The notes beneath the pieces were generated by a model that was not told where the DNA came from, did not search any database, and was given only the letters and a program-made list of their open reading frames with translations. A DNA stretch of 61,057 bases, the filler included, from Deltaproteobacteria bacterium (lineage in GTDB: Bacteria > Myxococcota > JACRCW01), in the NCBI GenBank assembly GCA_016218805.1. It is 3 parts of 3 records of this genome, joined end to end, with 100 filler letters (N's around TTAATTAATTAA, not from the genome) between each part and the next. Parts side by side here need not be neighbours in the genome. Positions count along the whole stretch, not along the records: positions 1 to 28,079 come from JACRCW010000104.1; 2 more parts are not named here. The stretch is one strand, 5' to 3'. Positions 1 through 8,253 of this stretch are shown here, in pieces (positions within the stretch are counted from its first letter, which is position 1; the number at the start of each line of letters is the position of its first letter). A program made the position numbers and the translations under genes.

Positions 1-276
1 GCGCGCGGCCGCGCGCTCCAGCACCGCGGGCGGGCTGATGGCCAGCACCTCCCGCAGCACCTCCGCTTCCAGCTGCCGGTTGCCCCCCGCCGCCGCCGCA
101 TCCAGGGCCGCATCCGGCGCGCCCGCGCGCAGCTGACAGCGCGCCGCGGCGGCAAAGTCCAGCAACCGCGCGTACAGCGCCGCGGCCTCCGCGTTCTCTC
201 CCTCCTCCTCCAGCAGCGCCGCCGCCGCGGCCCAATCACCGCGGTCCAGGGCTGCACGCGCGCGTGGGTCCTTCAA
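1..276 (-). CDS. Partial helical-repeat (TPR-like) protein, N-terminal part; runs off the window start
   Basis: Manual translation from TTG at 276: MKDPRARAALDRGDWAAAAALLEEEGENAEAAALYARLLDFAAAARCQLRAGAPDAALDAA..., an Ala-rich helical-repeat pattern with no stop before base 1. Confidence 0.5.
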   Translation of the reverse strand, partial: MKDPRARAALDRGDWAAAAALLEEEGENAEAAALYARLLDFAAAARCQLRAGAPDAALDAAAAGGNRQLEAEVLREVLAISPPAVLERAAAR

Positions 277-339
277 GGCAGATCTCCGGCGGGGGCGTTT
301 TCTTCACGCGTGTACGGCACGGTCGTACCATGACCGGCA

Positions 340-573
340 ATGAGATCACTGCTGCCCGCGCCCGCCTGGGTCCATCAGTACGTGGCGACGACCCTGCACT
401 CGCTCCCGCCCGGTGCCCCGCTGGCGGATCCCAGTCCACCGTGTCCCCGGTGCGGCGCGCCGTTGTGCCTGACCGGGTACCGCCGCACGGAGACGCCGTA
501 CCTGGTGGAGGAGGTGCTGGCCTGCGTGCACTGCCGCGGTGAGCTGCTGTTGCACCGCGAAGAGCGCGCCTGA
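340..573 (+). CDS. Small zinc-finger-like protein
   Basis: 77 aa with two CxxC pairs (CPRC...CVHC); GC3-rich codons. Confidence 0.55.
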   Translation: MRSLLPAPAWVHQYVATTLHSLPPGAPLADPSPPCPRCGAPLCLTGYRRTETPYLVEEVLACVHCRGELLLHREERA

Positions 574-621
574 GGGGCTTGCCAGCCGTTTCACCCGCAC
601 GTTAGAGGCCGCAGCGGCTGC

Positions 622-705
622 GCCGGCGTGGCGGAACTGGCAGACGCAGCGGACTCAAAATCCGCCGCCCGCAAGGGCATGTCGGTTCGATTCCGACCGC
701 CGGCA
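622..705 (+). tRNA. tRNA-Leu(CAA)
   Basis: GCCGGCG acceptor stem, TGGCGGAACTGGCAGACGC D-arm, GCGGA-CTCAAAA-TCCGC anticodon arm, long variable arm GCCCGCAAGGGC, GTTCGATTC T-loop; CCA not encoded. Confidence 0.95.
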
Positions 706-809
706 GCCAATCTTTCCCGTCGACAAGGCCGACCTTGAGCCCGCCGCCGCGCGCGTGCTAGCCAGCCCGCGGGGGCGTTCGCGGGAAGACCTCCCCACGG
801 AGCAAGCGC

Positions 810-1688
810 ATGGCGGATCCCAAGAAGGAAGCCCCCAGCCAGGGCGAGGTCCGCGCGGACCCGCAGGGGCGCACCCGCAACAAGGAGGACTTCCTGGCGC
901 TGTTCAAGCGCGGCCAGGAGTTCACTGAGGAACTGCTGCAGGACAATGAGCGCATGCGCTTCCAGGTGGCCGGGCTGCAGGAGGAGGTTGCCGTCCTGCG
1001 CCGCCAGCTGGAACAGAACACCGCCGTCACGGACCTCATCACGCAGATCAAGGCGCTGGAGGCGGACCGGCAGCGGTTGCTGGACCACTACCACAACGTG
1101 GAGACGGCCAACCGGGACTACAGTTCGCGCTACCTGGAGATTGAGGAGGCGCACAACAACCTGGCCAACCTCTACGTGGCCAGCTACCAGCTGCACTCCA
1201 CGCTGCACTTCCCGGAAGTCATCCAGATCATCAATGAGATCCTGCTCAACCTCATTGGCGCGGAGGAGTTTGCGCTGTACCTGCTGGACGAGCAGACCGG
1301 TCTGCTGCAGGCGCTGGTGAGCGAGGGCCGTCCGCTGGCGGAGTTTGCCCCCACCAAGCTGGGGGAGGGACGCATGGGCGCCGCGGTGGCGCAGAACCAG
1401 CAGCAGGTGGGCGAAAAGGGCCCCGCCGGCACGCTGGACGAGCCGGTGGCCATCATCCCGCTGTGCGTGGGCGAGCGCCGCGTGGGCGCGGTGGTCCTGC
1501 TGAAGTTGCTGGTGCAGAAGCCGGCGCTGTCCGCGCTGGACTTTGAGATTTTCTCCTTGCTGGGGGCGCAGGCGGCCACGGCCATCCTGGCCAGTGCGCA
1601 ACAGGGCGGCCAGGCGGCTTTCTTGGTCACCCGGGGCCTGTATGAGAAGCTTTGGCAGGCCCCCGTGGCGCGGCCGGAGGGCGCATGA
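810..1688 (+). CDS. Coiled-coil + GAF domain signalling protein
   Basis: N-terminal heptad coiled coil, then NLANLYVASYQLHSTL and a GAF-like C-terminal half (ALYLLDE...AIIPL...VGAVVL...DFEIFSLLG). Confidence 0.8.
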   Translation: MADPKKEAPSQGEVRADPQGRTRNKEDFLALFKRGQEFTEELLQDNERMRFQVAGLQEEVAVLRRQLEQNTAVTDLITQIKALEADRQRLLDHYHNVETANRDYSSRYLEIEEAHNNLANLYVASYQLHSTLHFPEVIQIINEILLNLIGAEEFALYLLDEQTGLLQALVSEGRPLAEFAPTKLGEGRMGAAVAQNQQQVGEKGPAGTLDEPVAIIPLCVGERRVGAVVLLKLLVQKPALSALDFEIFSLLGAQAATAILASAQQGGQAAFLVTRGLYEKLWQAPVARPEGA

Positions 1689-2068
1689 ACGCGCAGATGT
1701 TGAAGGCCCTGGTGGTCGAGGATTCGCCGACCATGCGACAGCTCATCGTGTTTGCGCTGTCACGGGTGCGCAACCTCAAGGTCACCGAGGCGGACGACGG
1801 GGTGGATGCGCTCAAGAAGCTGTCCGGGCAGAAGTTTGACATCCTCATCACCGACATCAACATGCCCATGATGGACGGCCTCAAGCTGGTCTCCATGGTG
1901 CGCCGGGACGAGGTGCACAAGGACATCCCCATCATCATCATCACCACCGAAGGCGCGCAGGAGGACCGCCAGCGCGCGCTGTCCCTGGGCGCCAACGCGT
2001 ACATCACCAAGCCCATCCAGGCGCCGCAGGTCATCAGCAAGGTGAAGGAACTGTTGAAGCTGCCCTGA
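1685..2068 (+). CDS. Single-domain response regulator (CheY-like)
   Basis: ALVVEDS, ITDINMPMMDG (phospho-Asp), ITTEG, YITKP; ATGA overlap with the upstream stop. Confidence 0.92.
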   Translation: MNAQMLKALVVEDSPTMRQLIVFALSRVRNLKVTEADDGVDALKKLSGQKFDILITDINMPMMDGLKLVSMVRRDEVHKDIPIIIITTEGAQEDRQRALSLGANAYITKPIQAPQVISKVKELLKLP

Positions 2069-2080
2069 GGCCCGCCCGCC

Positions 2081-2257
2081 TCACGGCGGCGGAGGCGTCC
2101 ACGTGCGCGGTTGCACCTTGGGTGCGTTCTCCCGCTGGATGTCCACCGCCACGCCCCACAGCCACAGGAACAGCGCCAGCCCCACGGCCGAGCCCAGCGC
2201 CATGGCCACCCATGGCAGCTTGCGCTCGCGGCGCGGCGCGGGCTCCGGCACGTGCAT
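2081..2257 (-). CDS. Small single-pass membrane protein (58 aa; absent from the ORF track)
   Basis: MHVPEPAPRRERKLPWVAMALGSAVGLALFLWLWGVAVDIQRENAPKVQPRTWTPPPP; start overlaps the stop of the TlpA-family gene (TGATG). Confidence 0.6.
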   Translation of the reverse strand: MHVPEPAPRRERKLPWVAMALGSAVGLALFLWLWGVAVDIQRENAPKVQPRTWTPPPP

Positions 2258-2793
2258 CAGGGGGACTCGGACAGCAGCAGCCGGATTTCATCTTCCACCG
2301 CGCGCAGCTCCTCCGGGTCAAACCCGGTCCGCGTCTTGCGCAGCCGGCCGCGCCGGTCAAACAGGAAGCTGGTGGGCAGCTGCATCACGCCAAAGCGCCC
2401 GGACAGCGCCTTCTCCGCGTCCCATACAATGGCAAACGGCAACGGGTGCATCTGCAGGTAGTTCACCATCTCCTCGCGGCCGTCATCCACGTTCACGCCC
2501 ACCACCACCAGACCCTTGGTGCGGAAGCGCTCATACATGCGCCGGTAGAACGGGATGGAGTGCTGGCACGGTTGGCACCAGGACGCCCAGAAATCCACCA
2601 GCACCACCTTGCCGCGCACCCGCGCGTCGTCTACGCGCTGGCCCGCCTCATCCGTGGCGTCCAGCACCGCGGAAGGACCGCGCGCGTCCGCCGCCCGGGG
2701 CGCCCCCAGCGAACTGAGCAGGTTGCGCTGCGCCGCGCCGCACCCGGCGGCGGCGGCCAACACCAGCACCGTCAGCAGCAGCACCCTTGTCAC
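2257..2793 (-). CDS. TlpA/ResA-family thioredoxin-like disulfide oxidoreductase (lipoprotein)
   Basis: GKVVLVDFWASWCQPC motif, cis-Pro LPTSFLFD, lipobox-like AAAGC. Confidence 0.9.
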   Translation of the reverse strand: MTRVLLLTVLVLAAAAGCGAAQRNLLSSLGAPRAADARGPSAVLDATDEAGQRVDDARVRGKVVLVDFWASWCQPCQHSIPFYRRMYERFRTKGLVVVGVNVDDGREEMVNYLQMHPLPFAIVWDAEKALSGRFGVMQLPTSFLFDRRGRLRKTRTGFDPEELRAVEDEIRLLLSESP

Positions 2794-4232
2794 CGCAGCG
2801 CCTCCAACAGCTTGCCGTGCACGCCGCCAAAGCTGCCGTTGCTCATCACCAGCACCACGTCCCCGTCATGCGCGTGCGCCGCCACTTCGCGCGCAATGTG
2901 GTCCGCGGTGGGCCACACCACCGCGTCCAGCCCGCGCATGCGCATGTCCGCCACCAGCTGGTGCACGTCAAACAGCTCCGCCTCCGGGATGGTCCCCTTG
3001 CGGCCCGGCTCGGCGATGACGATGCGGTCCGCCCCATCAAACGCGCGCGCGTAGTCCTCCTGGAACACCTTGCGGCAGGAGGTGGCGCTGCGCGGTTCAA
3101 ACACGCCCCACAGCCGCCCGCCGCGCGCGTGCAGCCGGCCCGCGTAGCGCTTGCGGGCCGCGTCCACCGTCACCCGCACCGCCGTGGGATGGTGCGCAAA
3201 GTCATCCACCACCAGCACGCCGCGCGCCTCGCCCACCTCCTCCAGGCGCCGTTTCACCCCGGTGAAGGTCCCCAGGGCGCGCGCCGCCGCGTCCGCCGCC
3301 ACCCCAAAGTGCCGCAGCACCGCGTACGCCGCCAGCGCGTTGTCCACGTTGTGCGCGCCGTTGAGCCGGAGCGCCACCCGGGCTTCCTCGCCGCCATCGC
3401 GCAGCACGCGGAAGCGCACGCCCTGCTCATCCTCCACCGCGTCCGCCGCCACCAGCACCCCGCCGGGGCCGTAGCTGGTCACCGCCACGCCGCGCGCCGC
3501 CACCGCCTCCGCCACGCGGCGCACCCGGTCACTGCCCGCCCACGCCACCAGGTGCCCCGCGGGCGGCAACAGCGCGGCCACCTCGTGGAAGCGCCGCTCA
3601 ATGGACTCCACGTCCGGGTAGATGTCCGCGTGGTCATACTCAATGGACGTGGTCACCAGCACCGTGGGCCGGTAGTGCAGGAACTTGGGTCCCTTGTCCC
3701 AGTACGCGGTGTCGTATTCGTCGCCCTCCACCACAAACGGCGCGCCCGGCGCCCCCACGCGGAAGCTCTCACCAAAGCCCCGCGGCACGCCGCCCACCAG
3801 CATTCCGGGGTCCAGCCCCGCTTCATGCAGCGCGTGCGCCGTCATGGCCGTGGTGGTGGTCTTCCCGTGCGTCCCGGCAATGACCACGGAGGGGCGTGCG
3901 CGCAGGAACAGCTCGCCCAGCGCCTGCGGGAAGGAGGCCTGGTTGAAGCCGCCCTCACGCGCGCGGGTGGCCTCCGGGTTGTCCTTGCGGATCACGTTGC
4001 CAATGATCACCAGGTCCGGCCGCTTGCCGTCCACCTCCAGGTTCTCCGCGCGGTAGCCCTCCATGGTGGGGATGCCCCAGTCCCGCAGCTTGTCACTCAT
4101 GGGCGGGTACAGCGCCGTGTCGCTCCCCGTGACGCGGTAGCCGGCCGCCTTGAGCAGCCCGGCAAACGCCCCCATGCCCGTGCCCCCCACGCCCACCAGG
4201 TGCACGTCCTTCACATGGTCAAACGTTGTCAC
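2790..4232 (-). CDS. mpl: UDP-MurNAc:L-Ala-gamma-D-Glu-mDAP ligase (murein peptide ligase)
   Basis: HLVGVGGTGMG, AGTHGKTTTT, VVEGDEYDTAYWDK, DDFAHHPTA, FEPRSATS, MSNGSFGG; GTG start at 4232 overlapping the upstream stop. Confidence 0.9.
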   Translation of the reverse strand: MTTFDHVKDVHLVGVGGTGMGAFAGLLKAAGYRVTGSDTALYPPMSDKLRDWGIPTMEGYRAENLEVDGKRPDLVIIGNVIRKDNPEATRAREGGFNQASFPQALGELFLRARPSVVIAGTHGKTTTTAMTAHALHEAGLDPGMLVGGVPRGFGESFRVGAPGAPFVVEGDEYDTAYWDKGPKFLHYRPTVLVTTSIEYDHADIYPDVESIERRFHEVAALLPPAGHLVAWAGSDRVRRVAEAVAARGVAVTSYGPGGVLVAADAVEDEQGVRFRVLRDGGEEARVALRLNGAHNVDNALAAYAVLRHFGVAADAAARALGTFTGVKRRLEEVGEARGVLVVDDFAHHPTAVRVTVDAARKRYAGRLHARGGRLWGVFEPRSATSCRKVFQEDYARAFDGADRIVIAEPGRKGTIPEAELFDVHQLVADMRMRGLDAVVWPTADHIAREVAAHAHDGDVVLVMSNGSFGGVHGKLLEALR

Positions 4233-5467
4233 GGACTTCCTCCTGCGCGCGGGCCCGGCGGCGCCGGGTCGAAGTACAGCGGGTTGGTCAGCACCCGCAA
4301 ATGCGGCCCGTCCCACAGCTCCGCGCGCACAAACGCCCGCCCGTCCTCCGGCAGCGCCATGGACCACGCGCGGACTTCGTCGGAATCATGCAGGGTGAGC
4401 TTGTGCACCGGCTCGCGGGATACCTGCGTGTACAACACCAGCGCGAGCCCCCGGGCCCCCACCGCCCGCGCCTGGAAGCGCACGCGCTGTGAGCCCGGTG
4501 CCGGGATCAACACGTCGCCTTCGCGCGCGTCATCAAACACGCCGTCCCCGTCCGCATCCGCGCCCAACAGCACCCGCGGCCGCTTGGCGGCCTGCGTCAC
4601 CACCATCAGGTGGCCCGCGCGCAGGGCCTCCGCCAGCGCCGCGGGGGTGCGGCTGGGCGCCCGCACCAGGTTCAGGTGCGTGAACGGCGCCGCCGGGTAC
4701 ACCCCCACGTGCCAGTCCGCCCCGCTGATGGCGCCCATGCGCACGCCCTGCATGAGCCATTCATGCCAGCGCGCGCGCGCGGCCGCGGGCGAATGGACCA
4801 GCGGCCCATCCACCTCCACCAGGTCCGCCGGCGGCGGCGCGTCCCCCGGCCAGTTGGCGTTGAGCGCGGAAGGGTGGCTCAACACCACCGCACCGCCGCG
4901 CGCGTGCACCTCCTCCACCAGCGCCGCCCACTCCCCGGCGGAGGGCCGCGCGCGCGTGTCCGCCGGCACCAGCGCGTCCCCTGGCCGCTTGGCCGCGTAC
5001 CCCACAAACGAAAAGTGCGGCCCCGCCTGGCCCAGCGTGATGGGCAGGTTGAAGGCCAGCGGTCCGCCCAGGCTGTATTCGCTGCCGGGGACCAGGCTGA
5101 TGCCGCGGGCGTGCGCGGATTCCACCGTGGCGCGGTCCAACGCGGCGTCCAGGCTGTTGTGGTCCGTGAGGAACAGCGCCGTGATGCCGTAGGACGCCGC
5201 CAGCCGCAGCGCCTGCCGCGCGCGCGCGGGATTGGCGTTGTCCCGCGTGGACAGCGCGTCGCGCGTCCGCGCTTCATACGGACCCTCCGCGGAGTGCACG
5301 TGGAACAGGGCCAGGTGCCAGCCGTCGGCGTCCACCGGGTCTTCGCCCGGCGGGGTGCCGGTCACCGGTTCCCGCCGCAGGTCCGCCAGCAGCGCCGCGC
5401 GCTGCGCGCCCACCGGACCGCAACCCAGCGCGCCGCACAGTGACAAGACCAGCGCGTAACGGTGCAT
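4229..5467 (-). CDS. PHP-domain metallohydrolase (CehA/McbA-like), lipoprotein
   Basis: HVHS, LTDHN, PGSEY, LSHP and GADWH PHP metal-binding motifs; ALGC lipobox; ends ...LTNPLY. Confidence 0.8.
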   Translation of the reverse strand: MHRYALVLSLCGALGCGPVGAQRAALLADLRREPVTGTPPGEDPVDADGWHLALFHVHSAEGPYEARTRDALSTRDNANPARARQALRLAASYGITALFLTDHNSLDAALDRATVESAHARGISLVPGSEYSLGGPLAFNLPITLGQAGPHFSFVGYAAKRPGDALVPADTRARPSAGEWAALVEEVHARGGAVVLSHPSALNANWPGDAPPPADLVEVDGPLVHSPAAARARWHEWLMQGVRMGAISGADWHVGVYPAAPFTHLNLVRAPSRTPAALAEALRAGHLMVVTQAAKRPRVLLGADADGDGVFDDAREGDVLIPAPGSQRVRFQARAVGARGLALVLYTQVSREPVHKLTLHDSDEVRAWSMALPEDGRAFVRAELWDGPHLRVLTNPLYFDPAPPGPRAGGSP

Positions 5468-5473
5468 GCGTGC

Positions 5474-5971
5474 TCAGCGCGGCCCCAGCCGGAACTGCCC
5501 GTCCTCCAGCCGCGTGGTCCCGGACCCGCTGTTCTGCACCGCCTCCAACTCAAAGCGGCCCAGCAGTTCGTCCCCCGCCTTGCCGGTCAGCGCCACCGTC
5601 CCGGTGTGCGAACTGTCCGTCCCGTAGCTCACCCCGCCCGCGCGCACCTGCGCGTAGGTGGTCCCGTCCGACTGGTCATCCAGCAGGATGCAGATGGGGA
5701 ACTTGTTGCGGTCAATCAGGTCCTGCACGTTGTTGCCGTCCTTGTCCTTGCCGATCTGCAGCGTGATGTCCCCCGCCTCAATGTTGGTGCGGTCATTCTG
5801 CAGGCGGTAGCCGCGCAAGCCGGTGTTGGCCACGTAGGTGGTGCCGTCCCGGTTGGCCTGCAGCGTCCCGGACGGCACGTCCGGCTCACCGCCGGTGATG
5901 GAGCACGGGTTGCGGTCAAAGGCCGAGCAGCCAGCAGCCACGGCAAGCAGGGGGAGCAGAAGACGGCGCAC
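5474..5971 (-). CDS. Hypothetical beta-rich lipoprotein
   Basis: GGAGG SD before GTG at 5971; MRRLLLPLLAVAAGC lipoprotein signal; the ORF-track extension to 6127 only reads through the tandem repeat. Confidence 0.7.
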   Translation of the reverse strand: MRRLLLPLLAVAAGCSAFDRNPCSITGGEPDVPSGTLQANRDGTTYVANTGLRGYRLQNDRTNIEAGDITLQIGKDKDGNNVQDLIDRNKFPICILLDDQSDGTTYAQVRAGGVSYGTDSSHTGTVALTGKAGDELLGRFELEAVQNSGSGTTRLEDGQFRLGPR

Positions 5972-6033
5972 GGGAACCTCCCAGGGGGTGCGGATAGGTA
6001 GCGGAAGCGCAGGCTCGCGGTCCACCGCGGCAT

Positions 6034-6215
6034 GCGTCTTCACCCGGATGCGGCGCGTCTTCACCCCGGCGGGGCGCGTCTTCACCCCGGGTGGGCGCGT
6101 CTTCACCCCGGGTGGGCGCGTCTTCACCCCCGGCTGGGCGCGTCTTCACCCCCGGCTGGGCGCGTCTTCAACCCCGCGGGGGTCGTCTTCACCCCCAAGC
6201 CGTCCGTCTTAACCC
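6034..6215. repeat. Degenerate tandem array of about 8-9 units of 21-22 bp, core (G)CGTCTTCACCC
   Basis: Units start at 6034, 6055, 6076, 6097, 6118, 6140, 6162, 6184 and 6205; units 3/4 are identical (GCGTCTTCACCCCGGGTGGGC) and units 5/6 are identical (22 bp). Confidence 0.95.
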
Positions 6216-6283
6216 AGGCTGAGGGATCCCCGCATTTGCCGTTGAGCCACCGTGAGGGCAGGCTACGCAGAGCAGGCCGGGTC

Positions 6284-6310
6284 CGGGAGGGCTCGGCTCC
6301 TGCCGAGCCC
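6284..6310 (+). repeat. REP-like element, left (GGAG + hairpin)
   Basis: CGGGAGGGCTCGGCTCCTGCCGAGCCC with 9-bp stem GGGCTCGGC/GCCGAGCCC and TCCT loop; exact reverse complement of 6783-6809. Confidence 0.9.
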
Positions 6311-6313
6311 TCA

Positions 6314-6778
6314 ATGGTTACACCACCGCGACGACGTCATCCCGCGCACGGTCTTGTAGGGCGTCCGGAGCAGCCGATGATCGTGTTTCTCACCGTGTGC
6401 ACACGCGCGCGGGAGCCGTGGCTGTCCACGCAGGAGAATCACCAGTTGCTGCGCGCGGTATGGGCGCAGGCTGCCAGTTGGCTTGTCGGCCGGTACGTGG
6501 TCATGCCGGATCATCTGCACCTGTTCGCGGCGCCCAACGGTGGCGCGCATTCGCTTGAAGCGTGGGTGGCTTTCTGGAAGTCACTGTTTTCCAGACGCTG
6601 CGGCATGGGGGGACGCTGGCAGCGCGATCATTGGGACACGCGATTGCGTCACGGCGAGTCCTACGCCAGCAAATGGGAGTACGTCCGCAACAATCCGGTC
6701 CGGCATGGGCTCGTCACCCGCGCTGAGGATTGGCCTTTTCAAGGCGAACTGGCGGTGCTGCCGTGGTTGGGCCTGTGA
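6314..6778 (+). mobile_element. REP-associated tyrosine transposase (RAYT; IS200-like Y1 HUH endonuclease)
   Basis: VFLTVCT, YVVMPDHLH (HUH motif), WQRDHWD, KWEYVRNNPVRHGL..EDWP (catalytic Tyr); flanked by inverted REP hairpins. Confidence 0.9.
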
Positions 6779-6782
6779 CGCT

Positions 6783-6809
6783 GGGCTCGGCAGGAGCCGA
6801 GCCCTCCCG
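6783..6809 (-). repeat. REP-like element, right (inverted copy)
   Basis: GGGCTCGGCAGGAGCCGAGCCCTCCCG, a perfect 27-bp inverted repeat of 6284-6310, 4 nt after the RAYT stop. Confidence 0.9.
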
Positions 6810-6813
6810 AGGT

Positions 6814-6866
6814 GCGACGGGAGTGACGGGGACGGAGGTGGCGCGACGGGGGTGACGGGGACGGAG
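6814..6866. repeat. Pair of 24-bp direct repeats
   Basis: GCGACGGGAGTGACGGGGACGGAG (6814-6837) and GCGACGGGGGTGACGGGGACGGAG (6843-6866), one mismatch. Confidence 0.8.
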
Positions 6867-7015
6867 TTAGATGGTCCCCAGCCTGGACAGGGACGCCGTC
6901 CGTCAAATCGCTCCGCGGGAACGCCGTTCAACGACCGCGCGCAGCGTGTCCCCGCCCGGGACGTGGACCGCCTCAAGAGCCGCCACCCAGCAGTCCGAGG
7001 GGTATGTGGCCCCTC

Positions 7016-7945
7016 TCAGCCGTCGTCTCCGGGCCGCACCACGCGCACCGCGGTGACCGCCCCGTCGCTCTTGGGCGCCTTGGTTGCCCGGGCCCGGTTG
7101 CGCCACTCGTTGATGTGCTGGAGCCGGTAGCCCGGCGCCCGCGTCTCGTCTCCGTCAAACAGCGCGTCTCCGGTGGCCCCCACATAGCGCATCACGTCCA
7201 ACAGCAGCCGCTTGACCCGGTGCAGCTCCACCGTGCTCATCACCTTGGTGCCGGCTTCGCCCGCCTGGTCCTTGCGCAGCGCACGCATCTGCCCCACCCG
7301 CTGCTCAATCCCCTCCAGCGCGGCCTTCACCCGGCGCCGCCCCTTGAACAGGCGCAGCTGGGCGCGGCACTTGGAAACCAGGCCCTCCGCCGCGTCCATC
7401 AACCGCAGGTTGCCGTCCGATTCCTCCCCCAATGCCGCCAGCTCCGTGGACAGCCCGGAGGCGTCACACCACTTCCGCACCGTCCGCGCGCAATCCCGGA
7501 TCTCCAGCGCCAGACTGTCCTCCTTCTCGTCATACCCGGCGTATGCGGTCTCCGCGGTGCGGGACTCGGCGGCGGTGACCGGCAACATGGCGGACAAGTC
7601 ACGGATGAGGTTGAAGTGTCCCTCCGTGATGTCCAGCTGCTCCTCGCGGAACGCGGCGAGGTCAACGCGCCGGTGCTCCATTTCCTCGGCTTCGCGGCGC
7701 AGCAGGATGGGCGGCACGTTGGTGCGGAGGAACCCGGTCCCCATGCCGCGCAACTCCGCCCGGAGCGCCTCCGGCGTGCGCGTGTGACCGGGGATGGGAA
7801 CAATGCGCCCCGTCTTCAGCGCGTCCTCCCGCGTGAAGGGCGCCAGGTCCGCCGGGGCGCGCGCCAGGATCTTGGGTTTTGCATTGGGGCGCGGCTTGGC
7901 GGTCCTGCCGCGCGCCGGCGGCTTGCGGGTTTTTCGGGTTGCCAT
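7016..7945 (-). CDS. Hypothetical predominantly alpha-helical protein with a basic N-terminal tail
   Basis: 309 aa, GC3-rich codons; MATRKTRKPPARGRTAKPRPNAKPK N-terminus followed by amphipathic helices; no recognised motif. Confidence 0.75.
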   Translation of the reverse strand: MATRKTRKPPARGRTAKPRPNAKPKILARAPADLAPFTREDALKTGRIVPIPGHTRTPEALRAELRGMGTGFLRTNVPPILLRREAEEMEHRRVDLAAFREEQLDITEGHFNLIRDLSAMLPVTAAESRTAETAYAGYDEKEDSLALEIRDCARTVRKWCDASGLSTELAALGEESDGNLRLMDAAEGLVSKCRAQLRLFKGRRRVKAALEGIEQRVGQMRALRKDQAGEAGTKVMSTVELHRVKRLLLDVMRYVGATGDALFDGDETRAPGYRLQHINEWRNRARATKAPKSDGAVTAVRVVRPGDDG

Positions 7946-8253
7946 GGTGTTGACCGGGGGAGGGACAGGGGCCGCGCTGGACCCCCACCCGCGCGGCCCG
8001 CCGCAACGTGCGGCGGTGAAGCGCCGCGGCGTCTACCCGGAGCGCGGGGTCTCGCAAGGCGGGGGCTGGCGCAGCAGCGTCCGGGGGCGAGGGTTGCCAA
8101 CCTGGTGGTGTGTTGCCTGGCCGGGACGAATCCCACGCGCCGGTTGCGTGGTGATCTGCGGCGTGGATACTGGTGTGGAACGGCGGCACTGGGGTGGTGC
8201 TTCATGTGACTGGGCTGAGGTTCGTGTGCATCCAGTTTGAAAGGAGGCCTGCG

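Noticed and set aside
2787..5192. 801-aa plus-strand ORF
   Set aside because: Antisense shadow of mpl and the PHP hydrolase, typical of high-GC DNA
6034..6215. 21/22-bp array as a CRISPR array
   Set aside because: Units are too short, the variable parts are related or identical rather than unique spacers, and there are no cas genes in the window
5972..6313. ORF-track N-terminal extensions (VKTRPPG)n on 5474..6127 and (RLHPGWA)n on 6032..6778
   Set aside because: Read-through of the tandem repeat; better starts exist at GTG 5971 (SD plus signal peptide) and ATG 6314 (just after the REP)
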